From positions 30,918 to 94,917 of the forward strand of contig CAWDWO010000033.1 of NCBI GenBank assembly GCA_963806035.1: a DNA stretch of 64,000 nucleotides, read 5' to 3'. This document shows positions 49,452 through 59,624 of the stretch, piece after piece. Every line of letters begins with the position of its first letter. Position 1 is the stretch's first letter. The position numbers and the translations under genes are program-made. This DNA comes from Candidatus Krumholzibacteriota bacterium (lineage in GTDB: Bacteria > Krumholzibacteriota > Krumholzibacteriia > JAJRXK01). A model generated the notes under the pieces. It had not been told where the DNA came from and did not search any database. It saw nothing but the letters and a program-made list of their open reading frames with translations.

Positions 49452-52400
49452 ATGCTTCGCGAAGCTTCGCCTTTTCGTCGTCTCACGCCGTACTTCTTTT
49501 GCGTACTCTCTCTGCTCGCGCTCGCCGCGCCCTCCCCGTGCCAGGCAAAACTCGATCCCGGGCTGTTGGCCGGCATGAAGGCCCGCTCGATCGGCCCCGC
49601 CGGAATGTCGGGCCGTATCGTCGCCATCGCGGGAGTGCCCGGGGACGAAAACCTCATCTACTTGGGTACTGCGACGGGAGGATTGTGGAAGTCCGTCAAC
49701 GGCGGACTGAATTTCAAGCCCGTCTTCGACGACCAGCCCGTCGCCTCCATCGGCGCCATCGCACTGGAACCGGGCAACCCCGACGTCGTGTGGGTGGGCA
49801 CCGGAGAATCCAATCCACGCAACAGCGCCTCGGTCGGCAACGGCATCTACAAGAGCCTCGATGGCGGCCGCAGCTGGCAGCACCTGGGGCTCGAAAAAAG
49901 TGAGCACATCCGCCGCATCGTCATCGACCCACGAAATCCCGATCGCGTGTATGTGGCGAGCCTGGGACCGGCGTGGAGCGATGGTGGCGACCGGGGTCTC
50001 TACCGCACCACGGACGGTGGTAAGAGTTGGGAGAAGATCTTGGGAGCCAATGATCGCACCGGCTGCACCGAGTTGGTCATGGATCCCTCCAATCCCAACA
50101 AGCTCTTCGCGGCGCTCTGGGAGTATCGCCGCTGGCCCTGGTTCTTCGAGAGCGGCGGAAAGGGATCCGGTCTCTTCGTGAGCTACGACGCGGGCGACAG
50201 CTGGAAGCAACTGGGCGAGAAAGACGGTCTGCCGGCGGGAGAACTCGGACGCATCGCCATGGCGTTTTCTCCCAGTGATCCGGAGATCGTCTATGCGCTC
50301 GTCGAGGCCGAGGACAACGTGTTCCTGCGCAGCGACGACGGGGGGCACTCCTTCAAGGTGGCCAGCAAGGGAGACAAGATCGGCAACCGGCCCTTCTACT
50401 TCAGCGAGATCCACGTCGATCCGGTCTGGCCCAACCGGGTATACAGCCTGTGGTCGCAGGTGAGTGTGAGCATGGATTCGGGCAAGAGCTTTCAGGTTCT
50501 GGTGAGCTGGAGCAAGGCGCATCCGGATCACCACGCAATGTGGATCGATCCCGAGGATCCACAGCGCTTGATCCTCGGAAACGACGGCGGGGTGTATCTC
50601 AGCCAGGATCGCGGCCAGAGCTGGCGCTTCGTGAGCAATCTTCCGCTCGCGCAGTACTATCACATCGCGGTCGACGACGATCAGCCCTACCACGTCTACG
50701 GTGGCATGCAGGACAACGGCTCTTGGCGCGGCCCCAACACGGTGTGGGAGAACGGCGGCATAAGAAACTACCAGTGGGAAGAGGTGGGCTTCGGGGACGG
50801 TTTCGACACGCGCCCCTATGCCCGCGATTCCATGATCGGCTATTCGATGAGCCAGGAGGGTTATCTCATCCGCTGGAATTTGCACACCGGCGAGCGCAAG
50901 AGCATCCGGCCCGCCCCGCCGTCCGACGAGAAACTGCGTTTCAACTGGAACGCGGGCTTCTCCCTGGACCCCCTCGATGACGATACGATTTATCTGGGAA
51001 GCCAGTATCTGCACAAGAGCAGCGATCGCGGCGAACACTGGACCGTCATCTCCCCCGACCTCACCACCAACAATCCGGATTGGCAGAAACAGGACGAGAG
51101 CGGCGGGCTGACCCCCGACGTCACCGGCGCGGAGAACTTCACCACGATCGTCGCCATCGAACCGAGTCCGCTGAAGGAAGGCGTGATCTGGGTGGGCACC
51201 GACGACGGGCGATTGCAGCTCACCCGCGACGGCGGCCAACACTGGGAAAGCTTGGAGGGCCACGCGAAAGGAGTCCCCGACAACACCTGGATTCCCTGCA
51301 TCTACGCGTCGACGCACGAGCCTGGCACCGCCTTCGTGGTCTTCGAAGACCATCGGCGGGGCAACTGGACACCCTATGTGTACCGGATCGAGGACTACGG
51401 AAAACACTGGAAGAACTTGGCCACCGAGGAGATCTGGGGCTATTGCCTGAGCGTGGTACAGGATCCCGTCGACCCCGACCTTCTGTTCTTGGGCACCGAG
51501 TTCGGCCTCTACTTCAGTCTCGACGGCGGCAGTCACTGGATGAAGTGGACCCATGGAATTCCCACTGTTTCCGTCATGGGACTGGCCATTCAGGCGCGCG
51601 AGAACGACCTCGTGGTGGGAACCCACGGGCGCTCGGCCTATGTGATCGACGACATCAAACCGCTACGCACGATGAGCGAGTCAGTTCTGCAGGAACCCCT
51701 GCATCTCTTTTCCATTCCCGATGCGATCCAGTATCAGGTGAAGCAGACCGGAGCCTCGCGCTTTCCTGGCGATGGGGAGTTCCGCGGCGAGTCCCGCCCG
51801 CGCGGCGCCATGATCACGGTGTCGGTGCACGATCCCGAACTTCCCTACCCCGATGAAAAAGCGGCGAAGGAAGCTGCGGATTCAAAGGAAGCCCAGGACG
51901 AGAAACCCGAGAAGCTGCAAGTGACCGTGCGGAACGCGCAGGGTGAGCAAGTCCGCCAGTTCGAGAAGGAACTCGAGCAGGGCGTCAATCGCATCACATG
52001 GTCTTTGGACAGCGACGCCTTCGAGAAGATCCCCGGCATCCAGGACGAGGAGGAGGAATCTTCCGGCGAGGGCGGCGGCCCGCAGGTCGTTCCCGGCACA
52101 TACACGATCGATCTGAAGTACAAGGACTCGAGGGCCGAGGGCGTGGTGAAGGTACTGCCGGATCCGCGAATTCAGATCAGTGAGGTCGATCGGCAGGAAG
52201 CGTGGTCCACCCAACAACGGCTGGGCCATCTTCAAGAGACCATCGCCGAGGCAGTCAAACGAATCCATGCGGCGAACAAGGACTGCGATTTCGTGCTCGC
52301 CAAGATCGACGGACTGAAGGAAGAGGCGAAGTTCAAGGAGAGCGAATCGGCCGCGGCAAGCACGGACTCCACGCGCTGGCAGGAGCTAAAGAAGAAAACC

Positions 52401-52730
52401 GAGGACTTGCAGAAAGGGCTCAAAGATCTGGAGGAGCGCCTGCGCGGACCCCTGAAGCCCAAGGGCTATGTGGGGGGCGAATGGCCTTCGAGGCGCATGT
52501 CGCGCGCGAGTTGGCTGCTCGGGCCGAGCTGGCAGAAGCCCACCGAGGCCGGGCTACGTTACCTGCAGTTGGCGGAGGACGACACACGGCCCGTGCTGGT
52601 CGAGCTGAACAAGTTCTTCGAAAACGAAGTGGCCACCTTCAAGGCGGCGGTGGAGGCTTCCGGACTGACTCTCTTTCCCGAGCAGGCTCCGATCGAGCTC
52701 AGCCCAGAAGGAAGTGGAGCAAAGGAGTGA
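49452..52730 (+). CDS. Second secreted VPS10/BNR-repeat protein (paralog of 44603..47929)
   Basis: Signal peptide; GPAGMSGRI, WVGTGE, Asp boxes, GGMQDNG and GTEFG. Confidence 0.85.
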   Translation: MLREASPFRRLTPYFFCVLSLLALAAPSPCQAKLDPGLLAGMKARSIGPAGMSGRIVAIAGVPGDENLIYLGTATGGLWKSVNGGLNFKPVFDDQPVASIGAIALEPGNPDVVWVGTGESNPRNSASVGNGIYKSLDGGRSWQHLGLEKSEHIRRIVIDPRNPDRVYVASLGPAWSDGGDRGLYRTTDGGKSWEKILGANDRTGCTELVMDPSNPNKLFAALWEYRRWPWFFESGGKGSGLFVSYDAGDSWKQLGEKDGLPAGELGRIAMAFSPSDPEIVYALVEAEDNVFLRSDDGGHSFKVASKGDKIGNRPFYFSEIHVDPVWPNRVYSLWSQVSVSMDSGKSFQVLVSWSKAHPDHHAMWIDPEDPQRLILGNDGGVYLSQDRGQSWRFVSNLPLAQYYHIAVDDDQPYHVYGGMQDNGSWRGPNTVWENGGIRNYQWEEVGFGDGFDTRPYARDSMIGYSMSQEGYLIRWNLHTGERKSIRPAPPSDEKLRFNWNAGFSLDPLDDDTIYLGSQYLHKSSDRGEHWTVISPDLTTNNPDWQKQDESGGLTPDVTGAENFTTIVAIEPSPLKEGVIWVGTDDGRLQLTRDGGQHWESLEGHAKGVPDNTWIPCIYASTHEPGTAFVVFEDHRRGNWTPYVYRIEDYGKHWKNLATEEIWGYCLSVVQDPVDPDLLFLGTEFGLYFSLDGGSHWMKWTHGIPTVSVMGLAIQARENDLVVGTHGRSAYVIDDIKPLRTMSESVLQEPLHLFSIPDAIQYQVKQTGASRFPGDGEFRGESRPRGAMITVSVHDPELPYPDEKAAKEAADSKEAQDEKPEKLQVTVRNAQGEQVRQFEKELEQGVNRITWSLDSDAFEKIPGIQDEEEESSGEGGGPQVVPGTYTIDLKYKDSRAEGVVKVLPDPRIQISEVDRQEAWSTQQRLGHLQETIAEAVKRIHAANKDCDFVLAKIDGLKEEAKFKESESAAASTDSTRWQELKKKTEDLQKGLKDLEERLRGPLKPKGYVGGEWPSRRMSRASWLLGPSWQKPTEAGLRYLQLAEDDTRPVLVELNKFFENEVATFKAAVEASGLTLFPEQAPIELSPEGSGAKE

Positions 52731-53616
52731 GGGTCAGAGGACTGGCCACCATGGTGCAGAAAACCGCGGTCGCCACGAAAGAGGGTTCGACCTCGTATTC
52801 GGTGGCGAGGATGGTGTTCAGGACGGCCGAGGGCATCGCCATCTCCAAGACCCCCGCCTGGTAGTTGGCGCCCTGCAGGTGGAAGAGCTGGGCCAGGAGG
52901 AGCCCGGTGGCGGCTCCTCCCACCAGGCGGAAGATCACTGCGGTACAGAGGGCCTTTGGGTGATGCCGAGGGCTGGCGCGGCGCAATTGCATGCCCAGAA
53001 TCACCAGGAACACCGGGATAGTCGCTTCGGCCAAGAGGTCCACCGTGCGCTGAAGGCCCGCCGGCAGCTCGGTCCCCGTCCCGCGCACCAGGAAAGCGAG
53101 CGGCACGGCCCAAACCGCGGGCACGCCCACCAGCTTGCGCAGCGCGGTGCCGATGCTCTCCTTCCCCATCGAGGCGACCACGACGCCCACCGAATATCCC
53201 AGGATCGACATGGTCACGAAGATCAAGCCCGCGCGCGCCTCGGCTTCCCGGCCGAAGGAAAAGAGACTGGCGGCCATGCCGAAACTGCCGGAGTTCGGCA
53301 GGAGCACGCAGAGGAAGATCGCGGCCTTGAGGGAACGGGAGAGCTTGAGCCGCTGGGCGACCAAGAGGGCCGCTCCAGCGGTGAGACCGTAGCTTGCCAG
53401 GGCAAAGCCGCTCAGGCGTAAGAAGTCGTGCGGAGAAATCGCGCTGCCGGTGATCAAGGTGAAGATGAGGCAGGGGGAGAACACGTGAAATCCCACCTGA
53501 CTCAGAGGCTTGGCGGAAACGCCCTTCCACGCCGCGAGCGCCCAACCGATTCCCGCGATGAGGAAGATGGGGAGCAGATTCTCGCCGAAGAGACGCAAGA
53601 AAGCCGTCGCGATCAC
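52699..53616 (-). CDS. AEC (auxin efflux carrier-like) family permease
   Basis: About ten TM segments; FSPCLIF, PNSGSFG and MAMPSA. GTG start overlaps the upstream TGA. Confidence 0.82.
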   Translation of the reverse strand: MIATAFLRLFGENLLPIFLIAGIGWALAAWKGVSAKPLSQVGFHVFSPCLIFTLITGSAISPHDFLRLSGFALASYGLTAGAALLVAQRLKLSRSLKAAIFLCVLLPNSGSFGMAASLFSFGREAEARAGLIFVTMSILGYSVGVVVASMGKESIGTALRKLVGVPAVWAVPLAFLVRGTGTELPAGLQRTVDLLAEATIPVFLVILGMQLRRASPRHHPKALCTAVIFRLVGGAATGLLLAQLFHLQGANYQAGVLEMAMPSAVLNTILATEYEVEPSFVATAVFCTMVASPLTLTPLLHFLLG

Positions 53617-54752
53617 CCCTTTTGCATCTCGTGCCAGGCAGCGAGTACCTTCTCTTCCTTCTCCGCAGCCAGGCCGGCCCGCATCTTCTCGCGCCGCTCC
53701 TCGGGCAAGCTTCGCCACCAATCGAGCGTGTCGCGCACCGTCTCGGAGATGGGGCGGAAAGAAAGGCCGTTGCGAATGGCGCGCTCGGATTTCACCTGGT
53801 TGAAGCCGGCGTACTCGCCCTCGGGCGGCATCCAGCAGGTCATCTCCGACCAGCCCTGCACCTCGTGATCCTCGAGGAACTTGCTCGAGGCCCAGGTGAA
53901 GGAAGCGTCACTTCCGGAAACCCGCTTGCATGCATCGAGAAGCCCGCCCATGTCGAGCCAGCCGGGAGGGGAAACCGCGTTGTACACGCCCACTACTTTG
54001 TTCTCCAGGCAATAGACGATCCACTCGCCCAGATCGTTCACATCCATGATCTGGATGCCGTCCTCGGGTGAATTTGGGGCGAGCACCTCGCCGCCCTTGC
54101 TCACGCGCACCGGCCAATAGGTGAAACGATCGCTGCGATCTCGCGGCCCCACGATGAGTCCGGGACGAATGTTCGTGACGCGTCCGGGGAGGGCCTTCTC
54201 CGCCTCCTGCTCGCACAGCGCCTTGAGAGGACCATAGCTCCCCTCGGTGATTTTCTCGACGGTGGGATCATCGATCGTTCCGACCGGGGAGTTCTCGTCG
54301 GTGCTGGGTTTCTCGAAGCTCGCGTAGACGGAGATCGTGGAAATGAATGCGTACTGTCCCACGTGATCGGCCAAAAGACGGGCGGAGTCCTTCACCAGGC
54401 GAGGGAAGTACCCCGAAGTATCCACCACGGCGTCCCAGTCCCTTCCCTTCAACGGATCGAGCTGGTCGTCACGATCCCCAATCAGGGTTTCGATGTCGGG
54501 AAAGAGGCCGGGATTGGTGTGTCCCCGGTTGAAGAGAGTGAGCTCGTGACCGCGCCTGCGCGCGGCATAGACCACGGCCGGCCCCAGAAACGCGGTGCCG
54601 CCCAAGATGAGGATCTTCAACTTCTTCTTGGCCTGCGTGTAGTGCGCATGCGCCGACCGCGGCGAGAGCCCCGAGAGCCCCAAGGATGAACCCGCGGCCA
54701 GGGCGCCGCCGGTGAGAGCGCCTTTGAGAAAGTCACGACGATCCAGACTCAT
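53613..54752 (-). CDS. Tat-signal NAD(P)-dependent epimerase/dehydratase (atypical SDR)
   Basis: Twin-arginine signal DRRDFLK...AHA; Rossmann motif ILGGTAFLG; YGPLK (YxxxK); RPGLIVGP. Confidence 0.85.
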   Translation of the reverse strand: MSLDRRDFLKGALTGGALAAGSSLGLSGLSPRSAHAHYTQAKKKLKILILGGTAFLGPAVVYAARRRGHELTLFNRGHTNPGLFPDIETLIGDRDDQLDPLKGRDWDAVVDTSGYFPRLVKDSARLLADHVGQYAFISTISVYASFEKPSTDENSPVGTIDDPTVEKITEGSYGPLKALCEQEAEKALPGRVTNIRPGLIVGPRDRSDRFTYWPVRVSKGGEVLAPNSPEDGIQIMDVNDLGEWIVYCLENKVVGVYNAVSPPGWLDMGGLLDACKRVSGSDASFTWASSKFLEDHEVQGWSEMTCWMPPEGEYAGFNQVKSERAIRNGLSFRPISETVRDTLDWWRSLPEERREKMRAGLAAEKEEKVLAAWHEMQKG

Positions 54753-56049
54753 ATGCCAGCTCCTTTTGCCTGAGACCCAAGTAGCGTCCCACGGCTCCCC
54801 AGAGCAAGCTCAAGGGAACCGCCGCGAACGCGAGCACGGAAAGACTCGTGCCCATTCCACTGAAAAGACCGAAGAGCGCGGAGGCCGTGGCGTCTCCCCC
54901 GCGATAGACGAAGGTGTCGAGGAAACTCTTGGCCTTGTACTTCTCGGCAAGGCCCAAAATGGTGAACAGAGTTTCTCGCGCCGGCCGCATGATCGCGTAG
55001 TTTCCCGCGCGACGAGAGACCTGGAAAATTACGAGTACAGTAAGGGTGGGGCTCAGCCCGAGCGCGCAAAATCCCACGACAGAAAGCAGCGGGACGAGAA
55101 TCAGCGCCCAGCCCACGCCCAGGCGGCTCATGATCTGACCCGTGACGAAAATCTGTAAGAGCACCGTGATGAGATTCACCCAGAAATCGATGCGCGCGAA
55201 GAGCGCCGCGCGCGCAGCGCGATCGGCGACGGCACTGGCCACGATGTTGGCCTGTTCAAAGTAGAGAATGGTCGAAGCGAAGCTGTAACAAAACAAGAAG
55301 ATCGCGATCGCGAGCAGATAACGCGAACGAACGACCAACAAGAGCCCTTCCCACAGTGAAGGGCGAGGCGCGGGATCGAGGCTTCGCACGCTGCGTGTGG
55401 GCGCCGGCTTCCTTTGGGGTGAGGTGGAGTTTGTCTCGACTCGCTTTCGGTCGAAGCGCCCGCGAAGAACCCCCACGATTTGAACCGCGAGTTCCAAAAG
55501 TATGACCGAGATCAGAATGAGATTCACTCGACCCAGAACTCCCACCAGAAAGGCGGTGAGAGCGGCTCCGAGAGTCGCTCCCAGGCTCCCGCCAACCGCG
55601 ATGATTCCGAAAAGCCGCTTGCTCTGACTCAAGCCGAAACCATCGGCCATGAAGGCCCAGAACAAGGAAACCAGAAACATGTTGAAAACGCTGATCCAAA
55701 CGTAGAACACCCGACCGAGAACGATCTCCGCTCCCTTGGGCAGGAACTTCAAAAGTACCAGGAAAACGAGGAGGTTCGCCCCGAAGAAGCGGTAGGTGTA
55801 GACGAGGAATTTGCGGCTCTGAAAGCGCCGCGTCATCCAACCGAATACGGGCGTGGCCAGGAGAGTGGCCAGAAGCGTGATCTGAAAGAGCCAGGGCAAA
55901 TTCCGCGTGCCGCCCGCGATCCCCATTTCTTCGCGCAGCGGGCGCAGGATGTAGTAGCTGCACAAAAGAAAGAAAAACAGCGCCGCCGCGAGCAAAACCG
56001 TGCCCAGCTCTGTCCTTTCGACCCGGGTGAGCTTGGAGAGTAGGTCCAA
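54733..56049 (-). CDS. NTP/NDP exchange (NTT/TLC-like) MFS transporter
   Basis: YYILRPLRE, FYVWISVF, SLFW, KRLFG, RPARETLF and KYKAKSFLDTFVYRGGD. Confidence 0.82.
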   Translation of the reverse strand: MDLLSKLTRVERTELGTVLLAAALFFFLLCSYYILRPLREEMGIAGGTRNLPWLFQITLLATLLATPVFGWMTRRFQSRKFLVYTYRFFGANLLVFLVLLKFLPKGAEIVLGRVFYVWISVFNMFLVSLFWAFMADGFGLSQSKRLFGIIAVGGSLGATLGAALTAFLVGVLGRVNLILISVILLELAVQIVGVLRGRFDRKRVETNSTSPQRKPAPTRSVRSLDPAPRPSLWEGLLLVVRSRYLLAIAIFLFCYSFASTILYFEQANIVASAVADRAARAALFARIDFWVNLITVLLQIFVTGQIMSRLGVGWALILVPLLSVVGFCALGLSPTLTVLVIFQVSRRAGNYAIMRPARETLFTILGLAEKYKAKSFLDTFVYRGGDATASALFGLFSGMGTSLSVLAFAAVPLSLLWGAVGRYLGLRQKELAYESGSS

Positions 56050-56221
56050 GGGAGCTGGGCGGTCGCCGCCCGAGGCGAGGGGGAAGGTGGCGGATGAGCA
56101 AGTCCTCCTCCTACGAGGAGAAACCCGAAAAAGATTCTATTCCTTCCCGGCCCCCACTTCCATGGCTCCCTGGGGGCAAGAACGGGCTTGACCGCGCGCC
56201 AGGGTAGGCCATCTTCAGCCC

Positions 56222-56875
56222 ATGTTTGGATTCGCGGTTCTCGCATTCAGCTCGCTTTTCGCGGTCATCGACCCACCGGGCTGCATCCCCTTTTTCAGCG
56301 GGCTCACCGCGCGCATGGAGGAGCGTGCGCGCAAGCGCGTGCTGCGCAAGGCGCTGCTCACCGCCTTCCTCGTTCTCTTGGTGTTCACTCTGGCCGGCCA
56401 GGCCCTGCTTTCAGTGTTCGGGATCACTCTGGGCGCCTTTCGCATCGCCGGGGGTGTCATCTTCTTCGGCATCGGGCTGGACATGTTGCAGTCGCGGGCC
56501 AGACGCTGGCGCACCGGGATCAACGCCGCGGCCAGCCGCGATCACATCGAGTCGGGACTGCTCGAAGAGGAGGATCCTTCCATCACTCCTTTGGCGGTTC
56601 CTCTGATTGCCGGACCCGGATCCATTACCACCGTCATGGTGCTGTGCGCCGAGGGCGACCAGACTCTGCTCACCAAATCCATCGTGATCGGTGCCACCGT
56701 GCTGATCCTCCTGCTCACCGGCGGAATCCTCATCGGTGCGGACATGGTCCTGCGCCGCGTGGGCCACACCGGCCTCAAGATCGTCGAGAAGCTCATGGGG
56801 CTGCTGCTGACGGTCATTGCCGTTCAGTTCATTCTCAACGGCCTCCGTCCCTACCTCGAGAGTCTCCTCAAGTAG
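56222..56875 (+). CDS. MarC family membrane protein
   Basis: DPPG, FRIAGG, PLAVPLIAGPGSITTV and KLMGLLL. Confidence 0.92.
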   Translation: MFGFAVLAFSSLFAVIDPPGCIPFFSGLTARMEERARKRVLRKALLTAFLVLLVFTLAGQALLSVFGITLGAFRIAGGVIFFGIGLDMLQSRARRWRTGINAAASRDHIESGLLEEEDPSITPLAVPLIAGPGSITTVMVLCAEGDQTLLTKSIVIGATVLILLLTGGILIGADMVLRRVGHTGLKIVEKLMGLLLTVIAVQFILNGLRPYLESLLK

Positions 56876-56963
56876 GAGACACGGGCATCCTCTATCTCCC
56901 GTGTCGTAATTCCTCGGTCTGGACTAAACTAGGTAGTGGTCTATCCCGTGTGAGGACACGCCC

Positions 56964-59624
56964 ATGTCCGAACTGCCCGAAAGTCTCGGCCGCCAACGCG
57001 AGCGCGCCATGCTGGACGCGGCGGCCGCTGACGCACTGTCAGGCGGCGGGGGCCTCGTATTGCTCTCTGGCGAGGCGGGAATGGGCGCCACCCATCTCGC
57101 GCAGGAGTTCCTCGGGGAAGGGGATCTCACCACCCTGATTGCCCGCGCTCAAGAGGATCACGCCCCCTCGTACGGCATTTTTCGCACCCTCTTGGAGCAA
57201 GCGCTCTCTCGTCTGCAGGCACAGGAAATCCAGCAGCTCCCCGGGTCGAGTTTTCTCAACTTGCTCGTGCCCGCGCGCGGGCCGGCTCCCGCTCAGTTTG
57301 AGTCTTCCGATTTGGTCGATGCGGTGTGCGAACTTTTTCGCTGCCTTTCGCGCAAGGCGCCGCTCTGTATCTTTCTGGACGATCTGCACTGGTCCGATCA
57401 CGCGAGCATCGAAATGCTGCGCCTGTTGCCTCCGCGTCTACGCGGGGAGTCCATTCTGTTCCTCGTGACCTACCGCAACGACGAGGTGCGCGGGGAACAT
57501 CCGCTGCGAAACCTGCGGGAAGAGTTGCTCGGGACCGATCAACTCCATGAGATCGTCCTGGAACCGTTGCGCCCGAGAGACGCCGCCGAGCTCGTCCGCA
57601 GGACGCTCGGAGTTTTGCCCTCTCCTCCGCTTCTGAATTTGTTGCTGCAGAGCAGCCACGGGATTCCCCTCCATCTGGAGGAGATTGCTCTCGCCTTGCA
57701 CCAGAGCGGCCGGCTCAGAGAAGAGAAGGGTGAACTCGTCCTGGTCTCCGAACCCTCCTCGTTTCAGATGGGGAGCCTACAGGACGCCATTCTGGGCAAG
57801 ATCGACCGGCTCTCGAGCGCCGCTCGCGAGCTTTCCGAGGCCGCCGCCATCGTGGGACAGTACCGCGAGCTCGAGGTGGTTTTCTCGGTGGCGGGAAGCT
57901 CGGAGGGGATCGCCGAACTCTTCGACGCCGGAATTCTGCTCGAGACCCAACCGGGGAAGGTCTCGTTCCGGCATTATCTCACCCGCCAAGCCATCCTCAG
58001 CCAAATTTCGTGGACGCGGGCCAAGCTCTTGCACAAGCGTTACGCGGAAGTGCTGCAAGCCCGGCACGCGGAGCCGGAGATCCTGGGCGTACACCTTTTG
58101 GCATCGGGACAGACGACGGAGGCGAGGCGCAGTTTCTTGGGGGCCGCGCAGGCCGCGTGTGATCTTCACGCATATCTCGACGCCATGATCTGGGCCAACC
58201 AGGCGCTCGAACTCTGGCCGGAAGAGGTGGAGGAAGAGCATCGCCTGGAGGTCCTCGAGCAGTTGAGCCATTGCGCCCGGGAAAGTGGTCACTTCAAGGA
58301 TGCGGCCCGCGCCCTGCGCGAAGTGGTGAATTCACGGCGACTGCACCGCAAACCCGCGCGCCGCGCCCGTGCGCTGCGCGCTCTCGCCGAGGTCCAGTAC
58401 GGCCAGGGCCTGTACGAGCACGCTCTGGCCACGAGGCGAAGCGCGGCCGAGACCTTTCTCGAGGCGAAGGAACCGAAGGAAGCGGTCGAGGAGTATCTCG
58501 GAATCGCCAACCAGCTCGTCATCGGCTTGCGTCATGGGGACGCCGAGAAAGCCTGCCTGCGCGCGGCGAGCTGCGCGGCGGATGCAGGTGATTTCGAGCT
58601 GACCACGCGCACCGAGATCTTGATGGGTCAGATCCTGGCGATGCGCGGTCGCTTCATGGAAGGACAGGGCAAACTGGAAGAAGCTCTCGAAAGCGCGCGG
58701 ACGCGTGAGCTCCCCCGCCTGGTTTGTGAGGCGAGTCACGGACTGGCGACCACGATCGAATACGCTTCGCTTTACCCCAAGGCGCGCGTGCTCTATCAGA
58801 CGGCTCAACAGGAGTGTGAGCGTTGCGGCATGCCGGGCTCGGCCCAGCTGAGTTCGGGGAGATTGTCCTGGGTCCTGTTTCGTCTGGGCGAATGGGAAGA
58901 TGCGGCGGCTCTGGCGCGAGCCGCACTGCGTGATCCTCATCATTCCGAACGTCTGCGCGGAATTTTCGAGGGAATTCTCGGGCTCATCGCGGCGCACCGC
59001 GGGAACATTGCCGCGCGCGCCCATTTGAAGGAGAGCCTGCGATTCGCTCGCCGTCATCATGCCGTGCTGGTGGAACTTCTGGATTTCTGGGGTCTGGCGG
59101 TTCACTACGAACACGAGGGAAGTGCGCCCGATGCGGCGGAGAACTACCGCCGAATGCTGGGGCTCTGGCAGCGCTGCGAGGATCGGCACGACCTGGTCGC
59201 GGGAATTTGTGCTGCCGCGAGCTTCTTCGTGCGCCAGCAGGATCTCTTACAACTCACGCGTTGTTTGGACACCATCGGCACCATGCAGCGGGCCGCGGAC
59301 AATGCCGAATGCACAGCAGCTCTGGCTTACGTGCGCGCCGAGCAAACTCTCCAGAACGGACGGGGCGAGGAAGCCTGCGCCCATTTCCACGAAGCGGTGC
59401 GAGGCTTCAACGAGCTGAAGCTCCCTCTGGAGCAAGTTCGGAGTCTGTTGGGGCTGGCGCGCTCGTTGGTGCGCTGTGAGCGAGAACGTGAGGCTCTGAG
59501 CGTGCTCGAGAGAGCGCGGACGATCAGCATGACGCTCCACGCGCACCCACTTCGAGAACAAATCGAGGCGGAGATTTTCCTGCGGGAAAAGGGCAAGGAA
59601 GACGAGGGCACGGCCGGCGCCTGA
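56964..59624 (+). CDS. STAND (MalT-like AAA_16) NTPase with TPR-like repeats; degenerate Walker A and no LuxR HTH
   Basis: GRQRE, LLSGEAGMGAT, FLDDLHWSD, TYR, GIPLHLEE and FRHYLTRQA, followed by helical repeats. Confidence 0.8.
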   Translation: MSELPESLGRQRERAMLDAAAADALSGGGGLVLLSGEAGMGATHLAQEFLGEGDLTTLIARAQEDHAPSYGIFRTLLEQALSRLQAQEIQQLPGSSFLNLLVPARGPAPAQFESSDLVDAVCELFRCLSRKAPLCIFLDDLHWSDHASIEMLRLLPPRLRGESILFLVTYRNDEVRGEHPLRNLREELLGTDQLHEIVLEPLRPRDAAELVRRTLGVLPSPPLLNLLLQSSHGIPLHLEEIALALHQSGRLREEKGELVLVSEPSSFQMGSLQDAILGKIDRLSSAARELSEAAAIVGQYRELEVVFSVAGSSEGIAELFDAGILLETQPGKVSFRHYLTRQAILSQISWTRAKLLHKRYAEVLQARHAEPEILGVHLLASGQTTEARRSFLGAAQAACDLHAYLDAMIWANQALELWPEEVEEEHRLEVLEQLSHCARESGHFKDAARALREVVNSRRLHRKPARRARALRALAEVQYGQGLYEHALATRRSAAETFLEAKEPKEAVEEYLGIANQLVIGLRHGDAEKACLRAASCAADAGDFELTTRTEILMGQILAMRGRFMEGQGKLEEALESARTRELPRLVCEASHGLATTIEYASLYPKARVLYQTAQQECERCGMPGSAQLSSGRLSWVLFRLGEWEDAAALARAALRDPHHSERLRGIFEGILGLIAAHRGNIAARAHLKESLRFARRHHAVLVELLDFWGLAVHYEHEGSAPDAAENYRRMLGLWQRCEDRHDLVAGICAAASFFVRQQDLLQLTRCLDTIGTMQRAADNAECTAALAYVRAEQTLQNGRGEEACAHFHEAVRGFNELKLPLEQVRSLLGLARSLVRCEREREALSVLERARTISMTLHAHPLREQIEAEIFLREKGKEDEGTAGA

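Noticed and set aside
52699..52730. 32-nt convergent overlap between the VPS10 and AEC genes
   Set aside because: Short 3' overlaps are common and nothing here suggests a function.
56876..56963. Small hairpin (GACACGGG...CCCGTGTC) and a TAGGTAGT motif upstream of the STAND gene
   Set aside because: Too short, and seen only once, to support a regulatory call.
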